Origin: Macrostomum lignano
Lineage: Eukaryota
DNA: 64,000 bases
NCBI GenBank assembly: GCA_002269645.1
Contig: NIVC01001750.1
Span: 101,253-165,252 of the forward strand
Direction: 5' to 3'
Of the stretch, positions 23,113 through 36,700 are shown one piece after another; the first letter of the stretch is position 1; each line of letters opens with the position of its first letter. The notes under the pieces are model-generated. The model had not been told where the DNA came from. It saw only the letters and a program-made list of their open reading frames with translations, and ran no database searches. Made by a program: the position numbers and the translations under genes.

Positions 23113-26100
23113 ATGTCAGAAAAATCTTTCTCTAACAACGAAGTCGATGTCGAGGATGAAACGCCACGCTCTAGTCGGCAACGCCGTTCTGGACTGTCTC
23201 GCCTCGCCGAAAAACGCGGCCTCATCGCTTCGCCAACGGCATCAAATGCCAGTCTTCGCAGCGTCGGCGGGACATCCGGCTGTGGCGGCGACGAAGCGTT
23301 GAAATCGCCCGGCACCAACCCGGGTGCGAGTTTGCCGCCTCCAGCGCCGAAGGCTGGTGGCAGCAGGTTGCTCAGTCGTCGCAAAGAGCAGCAGCTCGCA
23401 GTCGAGGATGAAGGCGGCACCACCGGCGGCGTTGTTCGACTGGGCAGCAGCATGAAGCGCAGCATTAGTTCGCAGGTTTGTGCGTTTGTTAAAATCTTTA
23501 AGTGCAGTTTCAGCTTGTAGCCACCCTGAATATCAAGCATATTAGCCAAGCAAACTCCAAGTTTAGAATAGCCTCTAATGATTTCAACGGTTCTACGACA
23601 ATTTACTGGCACAATTTCACCGCCGACAATTTCACCGAAAAATATTTTTTATTTTTTGACTGTAATTTTCATTTATATTCGTTGAAATTTGTATACATTA
23701 ACTACCAGCTACTGCTAGTTCATCACATTTTGTTCTAAGCCCTAAGCCAAAGCAGCAAAAAAGATCCGATGCTCAGAAAGGGCTAAAAATTATACTTCGT
23801 TTTCAGCATTGAAATTTTACAGTCTATTTGTACTTTTTACAGTCTGTATACTATACATGTATACTTTACAGTCTGTTCCCAAAAATCCCGGTCAAATTGC
23901 GGCGGTGAAAATTTGCAACAAGCTGAATGCTATTTACTCGTAATTTATTGCATCATCTATAATTCGTACTACGCTCGTACATTTGAAGAATCAACATTTT
24001 ATAGTTTTTTTTCGGATCTAAAAACTTCGATTCATTGTTAAATTTGAGTAATCTGTAAACATGGAGTCGGCAGAGTCTGCAACTTCTGTGGGCCAGAAAG
24101 GCTCAGCACTGCATGCAGTATTAAATGAAGGTTAAGAGATGTTGGTATTTTACTTGATCTTGAATTTTTAACTGATGCTGACGATTTCACACGCAACCAG
24201 GATCTAGCATCGACTAGCGAATCACAAGCCGACATGCTGATGTCGACCGCAGTCACAAGCGCCGCCGCTGACGACAATAGCCTCGGCTTGGACCGGCTGA
24301 ACGACTGGGACAACTCGGGTTCGAGTCGCCTGGGCCGGCTGCAGCAGCGCCGATTTCAATCGTCAACATCGCTGGCCAACGTGCCGACAGACACGCGCGG
24401 CTCCATGAGCTCGCTGGCCTCCAATGCGTCGTCAACTATGCGTAAAATTCCCGTTAGCGACGTTCGCAACCGGACCTTCCTGCACGGCAGTCTGAGCGCC
24501 AACGGCCTGCTGGGTGCTGATCAACTGGATGCATTAATTGCCGATAGACGAGTCGATATCATGGCTGTCACCTGGAATATGGCCGGTCTGGACTCGAAAG
24601 TGAGTGTCAGATTGAGTTAAGCAGATCAATTAAAATCTGCTAATTACTTGGCACAGTAATCAGTATTTTAGTATAGGTGGACTAGCACACTGAGCCCTCC
24701 TTGAGGGTGGACTGAATGACCTCTTTACACTGCCTAAAAAGGAGCCATCAAATCACATCACACTGATGCACGAAGTGACCGAAAATATGTACAAGGTGTG
24801 CGAAGTAGGTTTGACTTATTTGATTGCTGCAATGTACGACGAGCCTTTAAAGTATCACAATTGGCACAGTTAATCTGCAGTATGATTAACTAAGATTGTA
24901 AAAAAATCGTCCTTGAATGAAAACAGACAGTAGGCAGGGACAACTGAAGCGACGTATATAAGTACATCAAGTAGGCATTAGAACGCACAAAGATGGGCAA
25001 TATGATAGATATAGTAAAGCGGATCCTAAGAGAGACTCAAGATAGATACTGAGGAACTCTACGACACTGAAGGACAGACTTCAATTCTTCGAAAAAAATT
25101 GCCACAGTCATATCCTCGGTCGCTGGAGTCGCTGCTATTCCCGCCTGATCAAGAGCACGTGCCAGACGTATACGCTCTCTGCTTTCAAGAGGTGACGCCA
25201 GATATGTGAGTACATTGAGATGAATTTCAATGTCATGGTTTGTTCAGTTCACGGCTTTATGAGTTTCTGAATTTTTAATGTAGCTTACCTTTAAATTTTA
25301 CTCAACAGCAAGGAGCTTCTGCTACGTTGTCAGGCAACGATTGGCCCGAATCACGTGCTGTTCGAATTCTGCCGTAACAAAGCGTTATTGTTAGCTATCT
25401 TCCTGCGACGCGATTTGATCTGGTTTGTCTCTGGTGAGTTAGGAACATTCAGCATAGTGAATGTCTACCTATTTTGTATCCTGACTGGGATTTATCCTGT
25501 GCCTTTCGAAGCAGCGTAGCTGTTGCAATGCAATTTCACGAAATTGTCCGGTTTTCAGTTCCCGACACCAGCTTCCTATCGACCAGAGTTGCCATGGCTA
25601 CGAAAGGCTGCGCGGCGATATGCTTCACCCTGTTTGGAACTTCAATGCTGTTTATTAGTTCGCATTTTAAGCGTAAGATTTTGTATTTTTGCCTATTTGT
25701 CTATTTGCTCATTGTGCGAATTCGAACTCGGCACTTACTAATCTATGCTCACATGTATCTTGTGCACCTTTATTCCACAGATGATGACGCAAATTTTGAG
25801 AAGCGAATTCACGACTACCAGAAGATCATAACTCGGTTAGATTTGCCAAAATTTACTAAGCCCGTTCGTAAAAGTGAGTCGGTTTCTAATCCAGTAACCT
25901 GTTAAATCCCTTGTGACGTGTGCATGTACTTAGCAGTTTTACACCTGTTTTGTCTCGTTCACAACTCATGTGAGCTGCATTATCGATGCAGTTTAGTAGG
26001 TCTTTTGTCAACATCAATGATGGAGGAACTAAATGGTGCATGTGACTCTGATTTTTAATCTTTGAGCATTCTTGTGCTCTACTAGCAGTAGGAATAAGAG

Positions 26101-27259
26101 GATGTTGTGTGTTTTAATAGTAGAAAAAGGTAAAACCCAACAATTTTAGGCGCGTTCACTTGTCATTCTACAGAGATCCGCCTCCTAAAGTTGTATCTTC
26201 TACCGTTATAATAAAGTGCAGATTATTAACCCGTACAGAAAACGCGCTTCAATCCAGGCAATGACGTCACAGAACGCTTCGATTACGTCATCTGGTCGGG
26301 CGATTTAAACTTCCGCGTACGCACCGGCTACGGCGATCGGCAGCGAGTTGATCGCGTCTTGACCGCATCGACGTCCCCGGCCGAGGTGCCGCCCGACGTT
26401 GCGGACGCGCTGACGGCCGGCGACGAGCTGAAGATGGCCCAGGCTGAGGGGAAAATTTTTCAGAACTTTCTCGAAGGCGACATTCGCTTCCCGCCGACGT
26501 ATAAGTTCGATATCAACAGCGATGTGTATGACACATCGAATAAACAGCGCGTGCCGAGCTACACTGTAAGTTGGGAGCTGCCGCTGTTCGTGCTGTACAA
26601 CTGTGTTTAATTCTACTGTAATCTGCTGTAATTTACTGTAAATCACGATGGTAAACCAATTATTCAATGAAGTATATATATGAGAAAAATTTCTCTGGAT
26701 ATTTCTGGCCCTGCAGGACCGAGTTCTCTATCGCTGCAGACGACCCGGGACCGCAACGGTGACCGCCTACAACAGCATCCGAGAGTTGCGCTGCTCAGAC
26801 CATCGACCCGTATATGCGGTCATCAATGCCACCATCAGGCCGGGGGTTGACAGGTTGAAGAACTTACTCAAAATGGCTCTCAGTTCAGAATCACTAGACC
26901 CATCCTTCCAACCGAATATATCTAGTATCTGTAGCTTCATCATTTCAATTAAATACATTCAGATCATCTCAGCTTCATCATTGCAGTATCATCATTCCAG
27001 ATTCCCTAAGTTTTGGGCTTCAACATTCTAACTAACTCACTCCAGAATCTCAGCTTCATCTAATGACAATACATTCGTACTCTCTAGATTACACAACATC
27101 ATCTGGCTCACAATGCCTTGACCCCGCAGTATACCACTGGCTCACGGTCGATTTCGACATGACATCTACGTCGAAGGTACTCGTCGACGAGCTACTCAGC
27201 TGGACCTGTCTGGATTGGACGCCAGAGATAAGGCATCTCAAGTCTGCAGCGTCATGTGA
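23113..27259 (+). CDS. INPP5E: Inositol polyphosphate 5-phosphatase E (INPP5E-like), 9 exons, ~588 aa
   Basis: Exons 23113-23475, 24201-24599, 25108-25205, 25309-25433, 25559-25672, 25781-25873, 26258-26565, 26717-26853, 27130-27259; phases compatible, total 589 codons. 5-phosphatase motifs VTWNM, WSGDLNFR, PPTYKFD...RVPSYTDRVLY, SDHRPV. INPP5E-type segments FLRRDLIWF and RPGVDSIPLAHG, and a C-terminal CAAX box (CSVM-stop). The ATG of the first exon is the least certain part. Confidence 0.93.
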
Positions 27260-28495
27260 CCGCAAAGAAATGACCCTTGACCTGAACTTTTTTTAGTACC
27301 CGGTTCAGACCACAAAATTTATTAAGAGCAAGATATTTGTAACACAGGCCATACGCTATTAAGCTACTTTCAGTTAAGTAGTATAATTGACTTTCCTTCC
27401 CGACAATTCCTAGCTTATCTGGCCTATCAGTGAAAACTCCCAACCCACCCCCTTTTTATTACCCCATCCTGAAGCAGCAATGTACATTATCAGTCGTACA
27501 GTCTTTGATAGCTGCGCGTCTAGTCTATCCAGCCAACAATTTTAGTTTATTGCTCTTCCACATAAGTGCCCCGCAAGGGTTTAAGCTTAGCTGAAGAACT
27601 TATATTGTGTGCGTGTCGCTTAATGTATACGCTCGTAGTTGGTACAGTGCTTACTTAGTTCGTAGCTTGACGTTGAATGGTGGCTGAAAAACGAGCGCGC
27701 GTAGAAAATATTCCCAAGCTATTCCCCAAGTGTACATTTAACTCGCGTACAAATATCATCACGTGACTGCTTTCCCACATCTATCCCACCCAAAAGGTCA
27801 CGTATTCTTTTTTCTGTCGCTAAGATCCATTCCTTATTCCTAATTTCTTTAGTTGCTACTGAATAGATGGGCATTAGTAGTATGGAGAGCAATTCTAGAA
27901 AGTAGTTCTAAAAGTATAGTAGACAGAGTATTTGTGGTCTCTGCGGGGACACACGCGAAAACTTTACCGACTACTATTATTTGTTACCCAAGAAATGCCT
28001 TTTTGTTCTGACAGCAGATTCTGTATAAGGCAGGCCTTAATTATACTTTTTTATTCCAAATTGAGGAAAAGTACACTTCTTCCTTTGATTTTTATGATTG
28101 CATCACTGCCTTTAAGGATATATTGTTTATTTATCTATTAGGTCGTAGCATACTTTGAGTTTTTAGGTCGAACTTTCAATATCGACATTTTTTCTATATG
28201 AACACTCGTTTCTTGTGGTAGTCAAAGCAGAGATACGGTGTGTGTGTGTGTGGGTGTGTGTGTGTTAATGTACTAAATGTACAATATGTATTAGTATAGC
28301 CAAACGCTGCAATATCATATGCCTAATGCCTAATTTCCTTGTACATATAAAATGTGATCAAATCTAATTTATTCGGTATGCTTTAAATATATATTTTGAG
28401 TAGCGATTGCAATAAGCACTGTCCAGTGTTTTCGTTACAAATAATTAATTTTAGCTTAATCAGTAAGTCCTTTGTTCTTTATATATTAGATTGAA

Positions 28496-28587
28496 GGGGT
28501 TATAGCCTATAGTTAGATCGCCAGACTTGAAGGTCGGGGGGTTCGTTTCCGATCCCACTGAAACTATTTGTGTCTTTGAGCAAGACA
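28496..28587 (+). mobile_element. Truncated, diverged SINE (tRNA-like head plus start of core)
   Basis: B-box-like GGTTCGTTTCC followed by GTGTCTTTGAGCAAGACAC, matching the full copy at 29044. Confidence 0.6.
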
Positions 28588-28726
28588 CATCTTGGCTTTG
28601 AGATACAGACTGAAAATAAACAGACTCCGTGTCGAAAACACGATTTTTTGGATAAGACAAAACAATATAAATGTGTTTTAATACAGTAAATAAATTACTT
28701 ATTCTTAGCTGAAAAGCCTTATTTAA

Positions 28727-29021
28727 TGCTGGCGCCCCTTGGTGCTGGCGCCCCTTTGGTGCTGGCGACCCTTGGTGCTGGCACCCCTTGGTGCTGGCGC
28801 CCCTTTGGTGCTGGCGCCCCTTGGTGCTGGCGCCCCTTTGGTGCTGGCGCCCCTTTGGTGCTGGCGCCCCTTGGTGCTGGCGCCCCTTTGGTGCTGACGC
28901 CCCTTGGTGCTGGCGCCCCTTGGTGCTGGCGCCCCTTGGTGCTGGCGCCCCTTGGTGCTGGCGCCCCTTGGTGCTGGCGCCCCTTGGTGCTGGCGCCCCT
29001 TGGTGCTGGCGCCCCTTGGTG
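28727..29021 (+). repeat. 16-bp minisatellite (TTGGTGCTGGCGCCCC)n
   Basis: ~18 visible units with 17-bp variants; the reverse-complement array lies at 49840-50178. Confidence 0.96.
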
Positions 29022-29043
29022 AAAGTCAATTTTATCAGCGAAT

Positions 29044-29355
29044 GGAGTGTTGTAGCCCAGTGGTCAGAGCGTCGGACTCACGACTGAAAAGTCAGGGGTT
29101 CGATTCTCGACCCACTGGAACAATTGGTGTCCTTGAGCAAGACACTTGACTCTGCATTGCTTCAGTTCACCCAGCTGTAAAATGGGTGCCAGCATCAGCT
29201 GGGGTAATTGAGGCTGTGTGTGGCGACCCCCCCCCCCCGGTCCTTGGACTGAACAGCCGTACGCAGCCTTCAGATGCGCCGCGCAAATAGCTGCGGCTGA
29301 GCTGTCAGTGGCACATCTGGCCATTAGGGCAGGTTTAATAAATTAATATTATTAA
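29044..29355 (+). mobile_element. tRNA-derived CORE-type SINE
   Basis: A-box TAGCCCAGTGG (29053), B-box GGTTCGATTC (~29097), core GTGTCCTTGAGCAAGACACTT...CTGTAAAATGGG resembling the MIR/CORE-SINE core (GTGACCTTGGGCAAGTCACTT...CTGTAAAATGGG), AT-rich 3' tail. A second copy lies inverted at 49511-49817. Confidence 0.8.
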
Positions 29356-30757
29356 TAGATTAAAAACCTTAGCAAACAGGTTTGGCGCCTCTGTCTAAAA
29401 AGTCTCTCGGACAAAAGCACAGTCTTTTTGTTTCCATATTGACTTGAAATTTCTCACCAATTTCTGTTCTGGGAATTCCGAGAGTTGTCAGCTTTCGCCG
29501 CGCAGTTTGTTAGCAGCTACCAATCTGTTCAAAATCTGCCCCGACGTCTGACTTTAATCTGCGACTCTATATGAATAAAATAATAAAATTGCAGCGCTAA
29601 ATTCCAGACGATGTGTGTGTGTGTGTGTGTGTGTGTTTGTGCATTAGGCATTTCTTGGGACAAGCGTGTATAAACTGACCCGTGCTATTAGGACCAAAAA
29701 TGTGTTGGGCCAGGCCCAATATGTGCGTCCCGACACTTCTAAAAATCAAGGCTACTAAATTAAAAAAATATTCGTTCGAACCGTCGTTCGATTCCCTTTT
29801 CAGAAACCAAACAACAGAAACCATATTTCTTACGATACATGAGTAATTTAGCGATTAACAATGTCCCAACAGGTTAGGAAAATCATGCAAAACCATTTTT
29901 GGTTCAATAGAACAATTGGGACTTTAATCATACTTTCATGTCTCGTCTTTTTATCATGTAATATTCTAAAAGGTCTACTTAAAGTAAAGCTGAATGCTTA
30001 ATAAGGAGCCTGTCTAAAGCTGAAGAGATCAGATATCATTTGGCAGCGTGGTCGTGGCTACATAAGTTTTCCAGGATGTTTTGCTGTAAGAACTGTTAGT
30101 TTATCTCATATACACTCTAATCTATAAAATTCTACATTCTAATTGTAAAATTTTCAACTCTGAAGTATACTAAAATTGGGACAATGTTCAACACTACTAA
30201 CACTTAGTAACTTTATCGCTCCACTACAGGTGTATTGTTTCTATTGTTCCAACGTACTCTTCTCCCTATTTCACCTATCAGCGATTCGCGAGCATATTAA
30301 TATAGAGCTTAAAATTTTAACAACCACAATTAAAATTCTTGCATTCTTTTTCTTACGGAGAGATTACAGAGCAAAATAAGCCCCTAGGCCTCAATCCCTC
30401 TCTCACAAAACGTTTTGGCCAGGCTAAACAGCTTGGTAAAGAACTTTGTCCCAGCTTCGATCGATAATCGAGCTAACGCGCGTGTGTACATTCTGAAGTG
30501 TGGGGACACGCACAAATAAAACCCAATCAACCTTCTCTCCAGGCCAATTGAGTGTACATTCAGAAGTGTTAGGACAGCCAAGCCACCCCTATTTAGAGCC
30601 CCCACAAACCTCTTTCAAAGGCCAATCGGAAGAACCAAACTAAATCTAGATTGAGACAATTTTGTACAATACATTGACTTCCCGATACTATTCTATTTAC
30701 TATAAGCCATTCTGAATTTGATCTAGTCAAAATACTCGTAGCTACATACTTAAAACA

Positions 30758-33700
30758 ATGCGGCAGAAGGCCGCTAAGAAGCTGAAGGCCCAAAGAAAAG
30801 TAAGAAAGAGGCCACTAGAGGTTAATGGCCATGCCAACCGAAGAGTGGAAGTGAAATTTGATAAAAGGCATCCCGCCTACGGCCAGACCAACGTTGTATA
30901 TCTAAGCGACCTAAAGTTTAAAGGTCAACTATGCCATGGAACACGAGTCGTGATGCAGTGGAAGGGAAAGGAGTGGAGCGGCACGGTGACTAACATGTAA
31001 GTGACATTAAAAAAAACTATATCTTCCTATACTAGTCTTATTGATTTCTAAATAACACAATTACGTGCACACTGTACTTTGCGTAAATTAACACAAATAT
31101 GTAATTTACTGCAGATACATTGATGCAGACCCACTACCGTTTGAAGCCGTTACTAAAGGGCTACCAACTCTAACAGGTATGTATGCCTATGTTAAACATT
31201 CAATTACTTATCCACGAAGAGTATACTCATAAAGACTATCAATCTTACTTCTTACTTATCAATGCCCGAAAAAATAGCAATGATGTTTAGGTGAAAAGAG
31301 ATCCCTTAAATCAATTTTCAATTTTATAGAGGAACAATTAGCAAATCGAAACGTCTCATATAGTGGCCGTGCGTTTGAAAAATACTACATTGGTAAGAAA
31401 AAACATAATACTCTAAATCTTAAATGTACCTCCGTAAAAGCCTTGAAATTCCCTTGAAAGCGAAAACTAAAACTTTGTAGAGATGGAAGAAAAGCAATTT
31501 CGCAGCATCTTCAAGCTTAAAAAACATCGATCCAATGCAGGTACTTTGACTGCAGAAACTGTATTTCACATAGAAAAGCACATATTAACTATATTATTTA
31601 CACATCAAACGTAGAAAAGAAAAGCACAAAAAAACATTTTTAGTGGCAACGGTCGGACAGAAAAACAAACACATTGCACTGGTATATACAAGCAAAGCTC
31701 AAATGTGGAGCAATCATTGGGACAACATTGTGCGGATGTGATGTTTGAGGCATTTATTGGGACGCACTTAATGGGACATGGAGTCTGTTATTTTTAACGC
31801 GGCTCTGGCTGTGACTAGAAAATGGTTCTTGTAGTTGAGCCAGCAAAGCATAGCTCTCTCTAAATAAACAAAACAGAATAGTAGCTTTCTAAGTAGCTCG
31901 AGTTTGAGTTTGGGAATCTGTGAAACTTTGCTCAGCCAATGATTACGTTCATGAAGTGTGTCTACACTACACAACTCCTTTCACACAGCTTCTGAAGTCG
32001 AGAGTTCCGCTGACGCGTCGCGGATTGAGCCCAACTTGAATGCGGTCTCCGCAAGCACAGACGCCACTGGTTCAAGCCTTGTCGCTGAACTAGCTAGTGC
32101 CATTCAGCCTGCTCAACAGCAGCCTCCAGCCGGCTTCAGCCAGACAGTTAGTCAGCTCCCAAGTGGTGCTACAGAAAGTCATTCAAGCGAAAGTGCAAAT
32201 GCTAAGAGGAAACGGCGATCTGCTCAAGGTGAGCACTGCATGAGCATTGCTTTGTCTGCATGAAGGTACATGTACTTTAAGCGGGAGTGTTTGGGAGCCT
32301 TGGCAAATAAGGCAATGGATATTTTGGGCGGGCATCGGCAGGACAGAAAAACACATACACTTGGGCACTTATTGGGACAACATTGTGCGGATGTGATGTT
32401 TGAGGCATTTATTGGGACGCACTTAATGGGACATGGAGTCTGTTATTTTTAACGCGGCTCTGGCTGTGACTAGAAAATGGTTCTTGTAGTTGAGCCAGCA
32501 AAGCATAGCTCTCTCTAAATAAACAAAACAGAATAGTAGCTTTCTAAGTAGCTCGAGTTTGAGTTTGGGAATCTGTGAAACTTTGCTCAGCCAATGATTA
32601 CGTTCATGAAGTGTGTCTACACTACACAACTCCTTTCACACAGCTTCTGAAGTCGAGAGTTCCGCTGACGCGTCGCGGATTGAGCCCAACTTGAATGCGG
32701 TCTCCGCAAGCACAGACGCCACTGGTTCAAGCCTTGTCGCTGAACTAGCTAGTGCCATTCAGCCTGCTCAACAGCAGCCTCCAGCCGGCTTCAGCCAGAC
32801 AGTTAGTCAGCTCCCAAGTGGTGCTACAGAAAGTCATTCAAGCGAAAGTGCAAATGCTAAGAGGAAACGGCGATCTGCTCAAGGTGAGCACTGCATGAGC
32901 ATTGCTTTGTCTGCATGAAGGTACATGTACTTTAAGCGGGAGTGTTTGGGAGCCTTGGCAAATAAGGCAATGGATATTTTGGGCGGGCATCGGCAGGACA
33001 GAAAAACACATACACTTGGGCACTTATTGGGACAACATTGTGCGGATGTGATGTTTGAGGCATTTATTGGGACGCACTTAATGGGACATGGAGTCTGTTA
33101 TTTTTAACGCGGCTCTGGCTGTGACTAGAAAATGGTTCTTGTAGTTGAGCCAGCAAAGCATAGCTCTCTCTAAATAAACAAAACAGAATAGTAGCTTTCT
33201 AAGTAGCTCGAGTTTGAGTTTGGGAATCTGTGAAACTTTGCTCAGCCAATGATTACGTTCATGAAGTGTGTCTACACTACACAACTCCTTTCACACAGCT
33301 TCTGAAGTCGAGAGTTCCGCTGACGCGTCGCGGATTGAGCCCAACTTGAATGCGGTCTCCGCAAGCACAGACGCCACTGGTTCAAGCCTTGTCGCTGAAC
33401 TAGCTAGTGCCATTCCGCCTGCTCAACAGCAGCCTCCAGCCGGCTTCAGCCAGACAGTTAGTCAGCTCCCAAGTGGTGCTACAGAAAGTCATTCAAGCGA
33501 AAGTGCAAATGCTAAGAGGAAACGGCGATCTGCTCAAGGTGAGCACTGCATGAGCATTGCTTTGTCTGCATGAAGGTACATGTACTTTAAGCGGGAGTGT
33601 TTGGGAGCCTTGGCAAATAAGGCAATGGATATTTTGGGCGGGCATCGGCAGGACAGAAAAACACATACACTTGGGCACTTATTGGGACAACATTGTGCGG

Positions 33701-36700
33701 ATGTGATGTTTGAGGCATTTATTGGGACGCACTTAATGGGACATGGAGTCTGTTATTTTTAACGCGGCTCTGGCTGTGACTAGAAAATGGTTCTTGTAGT
33801 TGAGCCAGCAAAGCATAGCTCTCTCTAAATAAACAAAACAGAATAGTAGCTTTCTAAGTAGCTCGAGTTTGAGTTTGGGAATCTGTGAAACTTTGCTCAG
33901 CCAATGATTACGTTCATGAAGTGTGTCTACACTACACAACTCCTTTCACACAGCTTCTGAAGTCGAGAGTTCCGCTGACGCGTCGCGGATTGAGCCCAAC
34001 TTGAATGCGGTCTCCGCAAGCACAGACGCCACTGGTTCAAGCCTTGTCGCTGAACTAGCTAGTGCCATTCCGCCTGCTCAACAGCAGCCTCCAGCCGGCT
34101 TCAGCCAGACAGTTAGTCAGCTCCCAAGTGGTGCTACAGAAAGTCATTCAAGCGAAAGTGCAAATGCTAAGAGGAAACGGCGATCTGCTCAAGGTGAGCA
34201 CTGCATGAGCATTGCTTTGTCTGCATGAAGGTACATGTACTTTAAGCGGGAGTGTTTGGGAGCCTTGGCAAATAAGGCAATGGATATTTTGGGCGGGCAT
34301 CGGCAGGACAGAAAAACACATACACTTGGGCACTTATTGGGACAACATTGTGCGGATGTGATGTTTGAGGCATTTATTGGGACGCACTTAATGGGACATG
34401 GAGTCTGTTATTTTTAACGCGGCTCTGGCTGTGACTAGAAAATGGTTCTTGTAGTTGAGCCAGCAAAGCATAGCTCTCTCTAAATAAACAAAACAGAATA
34501 GTAGCTTTCTAAGTAGCTCGAGTTTGAGTTTGGGAATCTGTGAAACTTTGCTCAGCCAATGATTACGTTCATGAAGTGTGTCTACACTACACAACTCCTT
34601 TCACACAGCTTCTGAAGTCGAGAGTTCCGCTGACGCGTCGCGGATTGAGCCCAACTTGAATGCGGTCTCCGCAAGCACAGACGCCACTGGTTCAAGCCTT
34701 GTCGCTGAACTAGCTAGTGCCATTCCGCCTGCTCAACAGCAGCCTCCAGCCGGCTTCAGCCAGACAGTTAGTCAGCTCCCAAGTGGTGCTACAGAAAGTC
34801 ATTCAAGCGAAAGTGCAAATGCTAAGAGGAAACGGCGATCTGCTCAAGGTGAGCACTGCATGAGCATTGCTTTGTCTGCATGAAGGTACATGTACTTTAA
34901 GCGGGAGTGTTTGGGAGCCTTGGCAAATAAGGCAATGGATATTTTGGGCGGGCATCGGCAGGACAGAAAAACACATACACTTGGGCACTTATTGGGACAA
35001 CATTGTGCGGATGTGATGTTTGAGGCATTTATTGGGACGCACTTAATGGGACATGGAGTCTGTTATTTTTAACGCGGCTCTGGCTGTGACTAGAAAATGG
35101 TTCTTGTAGTTGAGCCAGCAAAGCATAGCTCTCTCTAAATAAACAAAACAGAATAGTAGCTTTCTAAGTAGCTCGAGTTTGAGTTTGGGAATCTGTGAAA
35201 CTTTGCTCAGCCAATGATTACGTTCATGAAGTGTGTCTACACTACACAACTCCTTTGACACAGCTTCTGAAGTCGAGAGTTCCGCTGACGCGTCGCGGAT
35301 TGAGCCCAACTTGAATGCGGTCTCCGCAAGCACAGACGCCACTGGTTCAAGCCTTGTCGCTGAACTAGCTAGTGCCATTCCGCCTGCTCAACAGCAGCCT
35401 CCAGCCGGCTTCAGCCAGACAGTTAGTCAGCTCCCAAGTGGTGCTACAGAAAGTCATTCAAGCGAAAGTGCAAATGCTAAGAGGAAACGGCGATCTGCTC
35501 AAGGTGAGCACTGCATGAGCATTGCTTTGTCTGCATGAAGGTACATGTACTTTAAGCGGGAGTGTTTGGGAGCCTTGGCAAATAAGGCAATGGATATTTT
35601 GGGCGGGCATCGGCAGGACAGAAAAACACATACACTTGGGCACTTATTGGGACAACATTGTGCGGATGTGATGTTTGAGGCATTTATTGGGACGCACTTA
35701 ATGGGACATGGAGTCTGTTATTTTTAACGCGGCTCTGGCTGTGACTAGAAAATGGTTCTTGTAGTTGAGCCAGCAAAGCATAGCTCTCTCTAAATAAACA
35801 AAACAGAATAGTAGCTTTCTAAGTAGCTCGAGTTTGAGTTTGGGAATCTGTGAAACTTTGCTCAGCCAATGATTACGTTCATGAAGTGTGTCTACACTAC
35901 ACAACTCCTTTGACACAGCTTCTGAAGTCGAGAGTTCCGCTGACGCGTCGCGATTGAGCCCAACTTGAATGCGGTCTCCGCAAGCACAGACGCCACTGGT
36001 TCAAGCCTTGTCGCTGAACTAGCTAGTGCCATTCCGCCTGCTCAACAGCAGCCTCCAGCCGGCTTCAGCCAGACAGTTAGTCAGCTCCCAAGTGGTGCTA
36101 CAGAAAGTCATTCAAGCGAAAGTGCAAATGCTAAGAGGAAACGGCGATCTGCTCAAGGTGAGCACTGCATGAGCATTGCTTTGTCTGCATGAAGGTACAT
36201 GTACTTTAAGCGGGAGTGTTTGGGAGCCTTGGCAAATAAGGCAATGGATATTTTGGGCGGGCATCGGCAGGACAGAAAAACACATACACTTGGGCACTTA
36301 TTGGGACAACATTGTGCGGATGTGATGTTTGAGGCATTTATTGGGACGCACTTAATGGGACATGGAGTCTGTTATTTTTAACGCGGCTCTGGCTGTGACT
36401 AGAAAATGGTTCTTGTAGTTGAGCCAGCAAAGCATAGCTCTCTCTAAATAAACAAAACAGAATAGTAGCTTTCTAAGTAGCTCGAGTTTGAGTTTGGGAA
36501 TCTGTGAAACTTTGCTCAGCCAATGATTACGTTCATGAAGTGTGTCTACACTACACAACTCCTTTCACACAGCTTCTGAAGTCGAGAGTTCCGCTGACGC
36601 GTCGCGGATTGAGCCCAACTTGAATGCGGTCTCCGCAAGCACAGACGCCACTGGTTCAAGCCTTGTCGCTGAACTAGCTAGTGCCATTCCGCCTGCTCAA

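Noticed and set aside
29044-29115. Functional tRNA gene (also 49750-49817, 28496-28560, 18366-18429)
   Set aside because: A/B boxes are present but the stems are imperfect and the sequence runs into a SINE core; treated as SINE heads.
31644-31682. Extra micro-exon of the recombinase gene (TAG|TGGCAAC...GCACTG|GT)
   Set aside because: Would end in phase 0, incompatible with the phase-1 cassette exons.
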